32,000 nucleotides of DNA from Microcystis aeruginosa NIES-843 (lineage in GTDB: Bacteria; Cyanobacteriota; Cyanobacteriia; Cyanobacteriales; Microcystaceae). Location of the stretch: positions 3,300,001-3,332,000 of the forward strand of contig NC_010296.1 in assembly GCF_000010625.1 (NCBI RefSeq). Reading direction: 5' to 3'. Under the pieces are notes generated by a model. The model did no database searches. It was not told where the DNA came from and was given only the letters and a program-made list of their open reading frames with translations. Position numbers and translations under genes: made by a program. Below, piece by piece: positions 15,256 to 23,284 of the stretch. Each line of letters opens with the position of its first letter. Position 1 is the first letter of the stretch.

Positions 15256-16509
15256 TTATGCAGGTTGCAGTTCAGCAATAACCGTTGACGCAATCGCATA
15301 AGCCGCTTCGGTAGATAGTTTTTCGGCTTCTGCTCGTGTATCAATGGCATCTAAAAAGTAACTCTCACACAGAACACAAATCGGACAATTCGTGTCTTCA
15401 GACTCAGAGAGAACGGTTACACCATTTTCCATTACACCAAAATCCCTTTGTCCAATTGCATTAGCAACCGAAGTCGAAAGTTTTTTGGCAAAAGCGATCG
15501 ATTTTGGTTTAGCTTTGGTTGGGTGAACCATTACACAAGTGTAGTGAGGTTTTCTGTCCGTAGCATTGTGATGCAAACTGAGAAACATGGAATGATCTGC
15601 GGCTTTTTGTCCGATCAGATCGCGCGGATCGCTTGCTGGATCGAAAATCTCGGCTGAAATGCTTGCTTTATCTAGTTCCGCTTTCACGATCTTGGCTTGC
15701 AAAAGATTCATCTCATATTCAGGAGTCCCATCTTTTGCATCAGTACCTGAATGGATGGGGGAATGACCAGGATCAATTAAAACAGAAGCTGGACGAACAG
15801 AAGGATGGTCCATAATCTGATTCCAAGTCCGTTCATCTACTATCCCTGTTACTTCCGATTCCCCTAAATGATCCCGTTGGAAATTTTCAACAGCCTGTTT
15901 GGTTTTGGGTCCAAAAATCTTGTCAACCCGACCACAGTTAAAGCCAATTTCATTAAGTTTGGCTTGTAATTGTCCAACTTGTAACCCTTGACTGCCTACT
16001 TGTAATAACATAAACTTGTCTCCTCCAATCTCTCGTAAAAGTTTTTGTGCTTCTGGATAGCATCGATTCATGATGTAGTCTGCATAGCTAACATCATGAG
16101 AATCTTCAAAATAAGGACAATAAATCGGTCCGATATAGCTTAGAAAAGAACGAGCATCTTTTAAGATTTTAGGATCGCGTTCATACACCTTGGGGTAGGG
16201 AATCCAGTCTTCATCTTTACGGAAGTAGAACTTCTTCCAAACATCTATCCCTGTTTCATAGGTATCAAATTTGAAAAACCAATCACCGCCTGGTGGATCT
16301 GGTTCACTGTCAGTTTTATACCAGAATTTTTCAGCACCAGGAACTGCTATTGATTTCCGATATTTCATGCCGTTCATATTTTTATAACGGCTTAAATCTG
16401 TTGTCCCTCGACCACTTTCTAAAATGGATTGAGCAATAATTAATGGACGTTGCCATTCAAACTCAAAGTCAGCTCTTTCAACTGCTTTAATAAAGTCTTG
16501 CCAACTCAT
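15256..16509 (-). CDS. three-domain peptidoglycan hydrolase: glucosaminidase, PG-binding and MurNAc-L-Ala amidase (417 aa)
   Basis: N-terminus IIAQSILESGRGTTDLSRYKNMNGMKY (glucosaminidase/GH73-like). Middle GSQGLQVGQLQAKLNEIGFNCGRVDKIFGPKTKQAVENFQRDHL...TWNQI (PG_binding_1). C-terminus VLIDPGHS...EYEMNL...FLSLHHNA...RDFGV (Amidase_3-like). No signal peptide. Confidence 0.78.
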   Translation of the reverse strand: MSWQDFIKAVERADFEFEWQRPLIIAQSILESGRGTTDLSRYKNMNGMKYRKSIAVPGAEKFWYKTDSEPDPPGGDWFFKFDTYETGIDVWKKFYFRKDEDWIPYPKVYERDPKILKDARSFLSYIGPIYCPYFEDSHDVSYADYIMNRCYPEAQKLLREIGGDKFMLLQVGSQGLQVGQLQAKLNEIGFNCGRVDKIFGPKTKQAVENFQRDHLGESEVTGIVDERTWNQIMDHPSVRPASVLIDPGHSPIHSGTDAKDGTPEYEMNLLQAKIVKAELDKASISAEIFDPASDPRDLIGQKAADHSMFLSLHHNATDRKPHYTCVMVHPTKAKPKSIAFAKKLSTSVANAIGQRDFGVMENGVTVLSESEDTNCPICVLCESYFLDAIDTRAEAEKLSTEAAYAIASTVIAELQPA

Positions 16510-16568
16510 AAATACCTCCTTTAAAGTATCAATTCTTGCCCAATACGGCGGATTGATGTTTGTTCTGG

Positions 16569-16673
16569 TAAGTACCTAAGCAAAATTAATTACACATTTC
16601 GATAAAGCTTTTGCCTCTTGCCTATTGCCTCTTGCCTGTCTTCACTAGGAAATTTATTTTGCATGACTACTTA
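16569..16673. mobile_element. ~105-bp MITE-like repeat with internal GGCAAGA-type heptamer tract (copy A)
   Basis: Termini TAAGTAC... / ...CTACTTA. Reverse-complement match to 30573-30677, including AAGTACCTAAGCAAAATTAATTACACAT and the CTTGCC repeats. Confidence 0.6.
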
Positions 16674-16742
16674 CATTCTCCACGCCGAAAGGCTTATCCA
16701 ATCAGGATTTGTCTGTGCCAGATGGATAGAGGAACCGACGTA

Positions 16743-16838
16743 TATAGCGGTTTTCAGTCTAATGAGGTATAGTAAATCCCTTGATAGATAGGCGTTTCAG
16801 CGTTTCAATCGGGACTCACTTCTGTGAAAACCGCTATA
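16743..16838. mobile_element. 96-bp hairpin element / MITE with 14-bp perfect TIR
   Basis: TATAGCGGTTTTCA (16743-16756) pairs with TGAAAACCGCTATA (16825-16838). The ends can also be read as a TA-flanked TAGCGG...CCGCTA element. Confidence 0.45.
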
Positions 16839-17168
16839 GATGAAGCAGTTAGGAAATTCCGCCAAGCGCGGAAGAAACTGGGAAACGATCTAATTTAATT
16901 ATCTCTTGCTTTGGCCACCGAGAGATGGTAAGATGGAGGTTTTGTAATTTTTCTTGATAATCGCCCTCGCCCACACGCGCCTCAAATACCCTTCAAGCCC
17001 TATCCGTAATCTGAAATAACTCCTCAATGCTTCCCCATTTCGCCCTCTTAGAGGAGAGAATTGCCACGATTAAAGCCCCTAGCGGGGGAATAACAACGAC
17101 TGGCGTTGTCAGATCAGAATATGAAGAATGAATTGCGACACAACGAGAGCCTTACTCTTAAAGCGTTT

Positions 17169-18587
17169 TCAAGTCTGCTCTGATGCGCCATCATCTTCAA
17201 ACTTGACAACGCCACAACGACTAGCAATTAAACCCAAAACTAACCACCAGAGGGTACTAACCTGGGGACGATACCAAACTGTATCAAAAAAACCGTGGGC
17301 AAGAATTCCAGCCATAGCGGCAATTGCCCCGATTAACCAAAAGCCTTGACTATCCATTTTATCCCGTAAAAGTTTAATTTGATGGATGCCTTGGCCGATA
17401 GTTGTGACTAATAACCAGAGGAAACAGGTAAAACCAATAATTCCCGTTTCTACCATGATTTCTAATAGCACAGAATAGGCACTTAAAGCCGTGTATTTTG
17501 GCTTCATGAATAGGGGGTAAATTTTCTTAAAAGCATCATTACCCGGTCCGATGCCCAAAAGTGGATAGGTTTGAATCATGCGGATAACTGCATCCCAAAC
17601 ATTAATCCGAAAGTTATTACTACTATCTTCCCGTCCTGCAAAAATACTCATCACCCGAATTCGCAGCGGATCCACCAATAAAATCGCCCCTAAAATCATC
17701 ACGGCTAAACCCCCTAAAACTAAGGGTAAAAGCCATGTTTGCCAAAATAACGGTAGATAATTTTTGAACCAATAAAATAATAGCAATAAGAAGACGATTC
17801 CTAAGACCATCAAACCAATCCAACCGCCACGACTCTCGGTAAAAAATAAACAAGCGGCATTGGCTAAAGTTAGTAAAGCCGCTAAAATTTTCGGTAGCCA
17901 TCCCTGCCACACAAACAAGGCTGCAGCGCTAAAAGCAATACCAGGGAATAAATAACTAGCTAATAAATTAGGATTACCGAGATAACTATAAACCCTAGTA
18001 TCTCCCGCTAATTCGGAAGTGGGATCGTTCCAAGTTGCTAACTGTTCCGCACCAAAAATTTGCTGACGAATGCCGTAAACGCTCACTGCTAAGGCGGTTA
18101 AAACTAAAGTAGTCAGAATCCAATTTGTTAGGCGTGGTGATCGCATGATTCGGGCGGTAAAGGCAAAAAAGATGAGATTGAGAGTTAATTTAATTAATCC
18201 TTCCAAAGCTGCGGTTTTAACGGGAGAAAAAGCCGTGGAAACCGTGGCAATTCCCCAGTATAAAAGCACTAAAATGTGAATCGGTGTTACCCCGATTTTG
18301 CCTTCATCCACAAGGGTTAAGAGTAGCCAATAACCGGCTATTGCTAACAATAAAAAACCGATTTGACTGGTGGAGAAAAACGGCGCAGTGGCGATAAGGA
18401 GAGAGATTAACAGCGCACCCATCAGTTCTGTCCACTGCACAAACTGGCTACCCTGTCGCCATTGACTAAAAAGGCCGACGAAACGATGCAGATAGCTATA
18501 TTTTGACCAAGAAGCGGGGGAAAAGTTCAATAGAGTGATTTGTTTCCATAAAGCATTCATAGGGTTTTTAGTTGCGGTTGTCACCAT
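17169..18587 (-). CDS. ictB: IctB-family membrane protein (O-antigen-ligase-like; putative inorganic carbon uptake related)
   Basis: Polytopic membrane protein. The N-terminus (LWKQITLLNFSPASWSKYSYLHRFVGLFSQWRQGSQFVQW) is collinear with my recollection of Synechococcus IctB. A Wzy_C-like central region is present. The start is ATG 18587 or 18560; the track's TTG at 18641 is less likely. Confidence 0.8.
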   Translation of the reverse strand: MVTTATKNPMNALWKQITLLNFSPASWSKYSYLHRFVGLFSQWRQGSQFVQWTELMGALLISLLIATAPFFSTSQIGFLLLAIAGYWLLLTLVDEGKIGVTPIHILVLLYWGIATVSTAFSPVKTAALEGLIKLTLNLIFFAFTARIMRSPRLTNWILTTLVLTALAVSVYGIRQQIFGAEQLATWNDPTSELAGDTRVYSYLGNPNLLASYLFPGIAFSAAALFVWQGWLPKILAALLTLANAACLFFTESRGGWIGLMVLGIVFLLLLFYWFKNYLPLFWQTWLLPLVLGGLAVMILGAILLVDPLRIRVMSIFAGREDSSNNFRINVWDAVIRMIQTYPLLGIGPGNDAFKKIYPLFMKPKYTALSAYSVLLEIMVETGIIGFTCFLWLLVTTIGQGIHQIKLLRDKMDSQGFWLIGAIAAMAGILAHGFFDTVWYRPQVSTLWWLVLGLIASRCGVVKFEDDGASEQT

Positions 18588-18704
18588 CACACTTTGATTA
18601 AGATACCGATTGTATCTTAATTGTTGACTCTTGGGAGCCAAAAGAGTTTCAGTCTGGTGTCTTAGGACAGCTTCACACAGTCAAAACCTAATAGCATAAC
18701 CAGT

Positions 18705-20348
18705 CTAAGCATGGGGTGAACGTAAAGCTTGACCTAAACGAGTTAAGCCTTGGGAACAGTCAAAACGATCGAGATGTACTTCAATAAATGATAGGCGATC
18801 GATGTTACCCTGGGCAATCGATAAAGCCTTTTCTAATTCCCCTTCTGTCCCGACTTGACAACTCCAACTTTCCCCGTTAAATACTGCTGGTAATTGGTGA
18901 TATTTCCACGGTTGTAGATCATTATAAATATTATCCTGAATTACCCGCTCGATCGTGTAACCGTCGTTATTAATTAAAAAGATAATTGGATTGAGATGGT
19001 GACGGATAATTGTCGAAAGTTCTTGGGCGGTCATTTGAAAAGCACCATCACCCACAAAGACGATAGGACGAGTATTGGGTGCGGCAAAAGCTACTCCTAA
19101 ACAGGCGGGAATTGAATAACCAATAGAGAGATAAAATGCTTGACCGATAAAGTCGGTTTTTTGGGGCATTAATAAATCAATTGTGGCAATAATTGCGTCC
19201 CCTGTATCAGAAATAACAAAAGATTCTTGAGCAATAAAATGATTCATTCGCTCATAAAAACGAGCATTAGTTAATTTTTGCTCTGGCACGGGGATGAATT
19301 CTAAATTCTTCAATTCGACCGCGGGTTTAATCTCTAGTGTAGCCGCTTCTTTGTGACTTAGCTTATTAATTAAACCCTCGATAAAATCCCCTAGGAATAC
19401 TGGTTGATAGAAGTGATGTTTAATTTTTATCTTCTCGGAATTGGCATTAATCAAATTATTGGGATTTAAATTAGCCGTAAATCCGCCTAAATTCATATCG
19501 GACATAATCGCCCCTAAACAGAGGACACAATCGGCATTTTCCACCCGTTGACTAACGTATTCGCGACTTAATGCCCCCACATAAGTGCCGATAAATTGCG
19601 GCTGCATTTCCGAAATTGACGACTTACCTAAAATAGTGGTGGCTAAGGGATAACCCGTTACCTCTAAAAGTTTCAGCAACTTATCCTGGAGTTTAAACCG
19701 ATGGAATTCTACCCCTGCTAAAATAATTGGTTTTTCCGCTTTTTCTAATAAAAAAGCCGCTTCTTCAATGGCTTCTTCTAAAGCGGCGGCATCCGTGAGA
19801 TTATCGGTTAAATAAATTGGCTTTTCTGAGGGGATACAGGGACGATAGACTAGATCCCGGGGAATTTCGATATACACGGGACGTTTGTGATGCAAACAAG
19901 CGGCTAAAGTTTGATCGATTTGACTGGCTGCTTGGGCGGAATTAGTGAGAATAACCGAGGCAACCGTGACTTTTTCCATGATGGACAATTGCAGATTATA
20001 ATCGCCCGTGGTGTGGTGTAATAATAAATTATCCCGGCGAATCGAGCGATCGGAAGCCCCACTAATTACCACCAAGGGAACTCTTTCAGCGTAAGCACCG
20101 ACCACAGCATTAACCAGGCTAAATCCCCCGACTCCGTAGGTGACACAGACAGCACCCATCCCTTTGACTCGCGCGTAGGCATCGGCGGCATAACCCGCGT
20201 TAAGCTCATTACAGGTACAAACTAATTCGATCGGACTTTCCACCAAAACATCCATCAAATCGAGGACATAATCCCCCGGCACCCCGAAAACATGATTAAC
20301 CCCTAAATTATGGAGACGCTGGCATAAATATTCGCCGATCGTGATCAT
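18705..20348 (-). CDS. thiamine-diphosphate-dependent 2-keto-acid decarboxylase (indolepyruvate/pyruvate decarboxylase family)
   Basis: MITIGEYLCQRLHNLGVNHVFGVPGDYVLDLMD at the N-terminus, plus the ThDP-binding motif GDGAFQMTAQELSTIIRH...IIFLINNDGYTIE. Confidence 0.85.
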   Translation of the reverse strand: MITIGEYLCQRLHNLGVNHVFGVPGDYVLDLMDVLVESPIELVCTCNELNAGYAADAYARVKGMGAVCVTYGVGGFSLVNAVVGAYAERVPLVVISGASDRSIRRDNLLLHHTTGDYNLQLSIMEKVTVASVILTNSAQAASQIDQTLAACLHHKRPVYIEIPRDLVYRPCIPSEKPIYLTDNLTDAAALEEAIEEAAFLLEKAEKPIILAGVEFHRFKLQDKLLKLLEVTGYPLATTILGKSSISEMQPQFIGTYVGALSREYVSQRVENADCVLCLGAIMSDMNLGGFTANLNPNNLINANSEKIKIKHHFYQPVFLGDFIEGLINKLSHKEAATLEIKPAVELKNLEFIPVPEQKLTNARFYERMNHFIAQESFVISDTGDAIIATIDLLMPQKTDFIGQAFYLSIGYSIPACLGVAFAAPNTRPIVFVGDGAFQMTAQELSTIIRHHLNPIIFLINNDGYTIERVIQDNIYNDLQPWKYHQLPAVFNGESWSCQVGTEGELEKALSIAQGNIDRLSFIEVHLDRFDCSQGLTRLGQALRSPHA

Positions 20349-20602
20349 AGCAATTTTCTCCCCTGTGTTGGCACTTTCACGCCGATCATAACGATTTTTT
20401 CAAAAAATAGGCTCATGCCCAGTAATAAACTGGAAAGTAAAAATCAGGAAACCTTGATTATATCTAGGCGATGGTGATCAATGCTATAGTATAAAGTCTG
20501 GGGTTTTTTCTTGGGTGTAAAAAAATATCTGCGGCACTTTTTCAGGTATAATTTTTACAGGAGATTTCCTAAAACTTTCGACTTAAATAAGGCTGACTGT
20601 TA

Positions 20603-22588
20603 ATGATTTTTACTGAATTAGTTTTGCAAAATTTCGGTCCCTACGCCGGTCGTCAAGTGATTAATTTACGTCCCGAAAAAGACAACAATCCCTGTCCGAT
20701 TATCCTTTTGGGAGGCATGAATGGCGGCGGTAAAACTACTTTAATGGATGCGATTCGTTTGGCTTTGTACGGTGCGCGGGCAAAGTGTTCTACTCGCAAT
20801 AATTTAAGTTATGCCGAGTTTCTCAGTCAAGCAGTTAATAATCAAGCTTCCCTCATCGATCAAGCTAGAATTGAACTGGCTTTTGAACATCTAGTTAATG
20901 AACAATGGCGACAATATCGTATCGTTAGATACTGGACAAAACAGCCCAAAGATGGTAGGGATACCCTCGGTATTTTAGATGAAGATTGGCCCGATCCCGC
21001 CTTAGCTAATACTTGGGATGAATATATTGAAACTTTATTACCTTTGGGTATTTCTAACCTCTTTTTATTTGATGGGGAACAGGTAAAAGAATTGGCAGAA
21101 CAGGATGTACCTCCTGACAGCGTTAAGGATTCGATGCAGACTTTATTAGGGTTAGAATTAGCGGAAAGATTAGCAGTTGATCTCGATATCTTAGCTAGTC
21201 GCAAGCGCCGGTTATTAGCAGCAGAAAATGAACTGGCAACTATTGAAGCTATCGAGAAAAAATTAGCTCAGTACCAAGAAGATTTAGAATTGGCTAGACA
21301 AGAGATGGAAACTCAACAAAAAAATTTAGATTTGGTTAGAAATGATTTTGATGCAGTCTCGGATAAATTTCGCATTGATGGCGGAAAAATTGCCGCCGAA
21401 AGAAGTCAATTAGAGAGCAGAAAAAAGGATTTAGATAAAAAGTTAGATAAACAGAGAGAGTATTTAGGTCAATTGGCGGGGGAATTTTTACCATTAAAGT
21501 TAATTTTTCCTCTCCTAGAAGCGGCTAAAATTCAGGGAGAAAAAGAGCTAAAATTTCAATCGTCTCAAGTCGCTCAATCGGTTTTAGAATCCAGAGATAA
21601 AAAGTTACTTGCTTATTTAGAACAACTGAATTTAACTTTAGAACAATTAGACAATATTAGAGAATTTTTACAGCAAGAAAATCAGTTTTTAGCTGAGGAT
21701 AGCGATTCTTTGATTACTCCTTACTTAGATTTAGACGAGGAGGCGATCAAGTTATTAAATCGAGTCTTAACCCATCAACTACCGGCACAAATTAACCTCG
21801 CTCATCAAGCAATAGAACAATTAAGAAATCTGGAAGCTGACTTAGATAATTTAGAGCGAGAATTAGCAGTAGCAGCCTCTCCCGAAGAATACGAAACCCT
21901 GAGTAATAACTTAAAAACCGCTCAGAAAAAGTATCTAAATGCTCAAGCGGAATACGAGCAAAGCCACAAAAATTATGAGGAAATCAAAAAGAAAATTGAG
22001 AAAACTAAAAAAGAATTATTTGCCTATAGTGAGAAAGCTTTAGAATCGCAAAGTAACGAACATATCGTCAATGCTATTGTCAAAGCACAGCAAACTTTAA
22101 AATTATTTAAAGAACGCTTAACTTTAAAAAAATTAAATAGATTAGAGGGAGAAGTGGCGGAATGTTTTCGTTATTTATTGCATAAGTCCGATCTGGTGCA
22201 GAAAATAGCGATCGATGCTGATACTTTTGGTCTATCTCTCTTTGGTCCCGATGGACAAAATGTGCCTAAACACCGTCTTTCTGCCGGAGAAAAACAACTA
22301 TTAGCGATCGCTTTTTTGTGGGGATTAGCGCGAGTCTCCGGACGAGATTTACCCATCGCTATCGATACACCCCTCGGACGTTTAGATTCTTCCCATCGCC
22401 ATAATTTAGTTGAACGTTATTTTCCCGCCGCTTCCTCTCAAGTCATCCTCCTTTCTACCGATACAGAAATTGGACAAAATGAGCTACTCTTATTAGAAGA
22501 ACAGGAAGTAATCGCCAGAAAATACCTGCTAGAATATAATTCCCAACAACGTCAAACTACTATTCACCCCGATCGCTACTTTTGGTAA
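20603..22588 (+). CDS. dndD: DNA phosphorothioation-system SMC-like ATPase DndD
   Basis: MIFTELVLQNFGPYAGRQVINLRP...PIILLGGMNGGGKTTLMDAIRLALYG (Walker A), a long central coiled coil, and C-terminal LSAGEKQLLAIAFLWGLARVSGRDLPIAIDTPLGRLDSSHRHNLVERYFP...VILLSTDTEI. This matches the DndD pattern I recall. Confidence 0.85.
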   Translation: MIFTELVLQNFGPYAGRQVINLRPEKDNNPCPIILLGGMNGGGKTTLMDAIRLALYGARAKCSTRNNLSYAEFLSQAVNNQASLIDQARIELAFEHLVNEQWRQYRIVRYWTKQPKDGRDTLGILDEDWPDPALANTWDEYIETLLPLGISNLFLFDGEQVKELAEQDVPPDSVKDSMQTLLGLELAERLAVDLDILASRKRRLLAAENELATIEAIEKKLAQYQEDLELARQEMETQQKNLDLVRNDFDAVSDKFRIDGGKIAAERSQLESRKKDLDKKLDKQREYLGQLAGEFLPLKLIFPLLEAAKIQGEKELKFQSSQVAQSVLESRDKKLLAYLEQLNLTLEQLDNIREFLQQENQFLAEDSDSLITPYLDLDEEAIKLLNRVLTHQLPAQINLAHQAIEQLRNLEADLDNLERELAVAASPEEYETLSNNLKTAQKKYLNAQAEYEQSHKNYEEIKKKIEKTKKELFAYSEKALESQSNEHIVNAIVKAQQTLKLFKERLTLKKLNRLEGEVAECFRYLLHKSDLVQKIAIDADTFGLSLFGPDGQNVPKHRLSAGEKQLLAIAFLWGLARVSGRDLPIAIDTPLGRLDSSHRHNLVERYFPAASSQVILLSTDTEIGQNELLLLEEQEVIARKYLLEYNSQQRQTTIHPDRYFW

Positions 22589-22646
22589 GATTATGACCGA
22601 GATAAATTCCCAAAAAATTCTCGCCCAATTAACTTGAGACATTGAA

Positions 22647-22666
22647 TCAGTTATCAGTTATCAGTT
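22647..22666. repeat. TCAGTTA heptamer tract (2.9 units) in the dndD-dndE spacer
   Basis: TCAGTTA TCAGTTA TCAGTT. It is the reverse complement of the TAACTGA x5 tract at 29507-29541. Confidence 0.6.
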
Positions 22667-22779
22667 CACTGTTTACCGATCACTGAAAAAAAGCTCCCCA
22701 CTTCCCACTCTCCTATTAAACAGGATTGAGAATGACTAACTATTTTCTCATCAGTCAGAGCGAGGTAAAATTATAGATT

Positions 22780-23178
22780 ATGGAATCACCGATCGAACGT
22801 TTTCGACTATCTCAAACCGCCAAAGATAGCCTAATAAAATTAAAACGCTACACCAAAATTGACCAATGGAATATCCTCTGTCGTTGGGCTTTTTGTCGTT
22901 CCCTTGCTGAACCGAGTCTCCCCTCTCCCGTTCCCATTCCTGCCGATAGCAATGTAGAATTATCCTGGAAAGTATTCGGGGGAGAAATGGCCGATATTTT
23001 CTTAATTGCCCTCAAACAACGTTGTCATCAAGACGGATTAGGAACCGATAAAGAAACTCTAACTCAACAATTTCGCTTACATTTACATCGCGGGATCGGT
23101 TATCTTGCTGGGGATACCAAGCTAAAAAAAATCGATAATTTAATCGAATTAGAGAGAGAAAGTCTCAGAGAATCTTAA
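22780..23178 (+). CDS. dndE: DNA sulfur modification protein DndE
   Basis: RFRLSQTAKDSLIKLKRYTKIDQWNILCRWAFCRSL...NVELSWKVFGGEMADIFLIALKQRCHQDGL...FRLHLHRGIGYL follows the DndE pattern I recall. Located downstream of dndD. Confidence 0.75.
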   Translation: MESPIERFRLSQTAKDSLIKLKRYTKIDQWNILCRWAFCRSLAEPSLPSPVPIPADSNVELSWKVFGGEMADIFLIALKQRCHQDGLGTDKETLTQQFRLHLHRGIGYLAGDTKLKKIDNLIELERESLRES

Positions 23179-23198
23179 TCAAGAATGATCTGTTTTCA

Positions 23199-23245
23199 GG
23201 GGGAGCGCATCTCAAACGCTATTGACAATTGGCCAATTTTGTGAT
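23199..23245. mobile_element. solo MITE end (truncated)
   Basis: GGGGGAGCGCATCTCAAACGCTATTGACAATTGGCCAATTTTGTGAT matches the reverse complement of 2294-2340, the right end of the 2118-2340 element. Similarity stops at 23245, 39 bp before the cassette start codon. Confidence 0.65.
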
Positions 23246-23284
23246 GGTATTTAAAAGAGGGCGGCTATCGGGGGATGAGAAAAA

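Noticed and set aside
15065-15301. 78-aa ORF in the spacer between the two hydrolase genes
   Set aside because: Low-complexity (FFLFIIIHNSS), no RBS, and it overlaps the 3' end of the lysin gene on the opposite strand. I looked for a holin-like protein with two or more TM helices here and did not find a convincing one.
17128-17910. ORFs 17128-17349 (+), 17578-17760 (+) and 17623-17910 (-) within ictB
   Set aside because: Shadow ORFs inside a long membrane-protein gene.
20520-20602. Candidate dndD promoter (GGTATAAT around 20546-20553)
   Set aside because: A plausible -10 hexamer, but there is no convincing -35 and no supporting data. AT-rich spacers contain many such matches.
20860-22356. 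Minus-strand ORFs 20860-21204 and 22171-22356 inside dndD
   Set aside because: Antisense shadow ORFs with Ser/Cys/Arg-rich composition.
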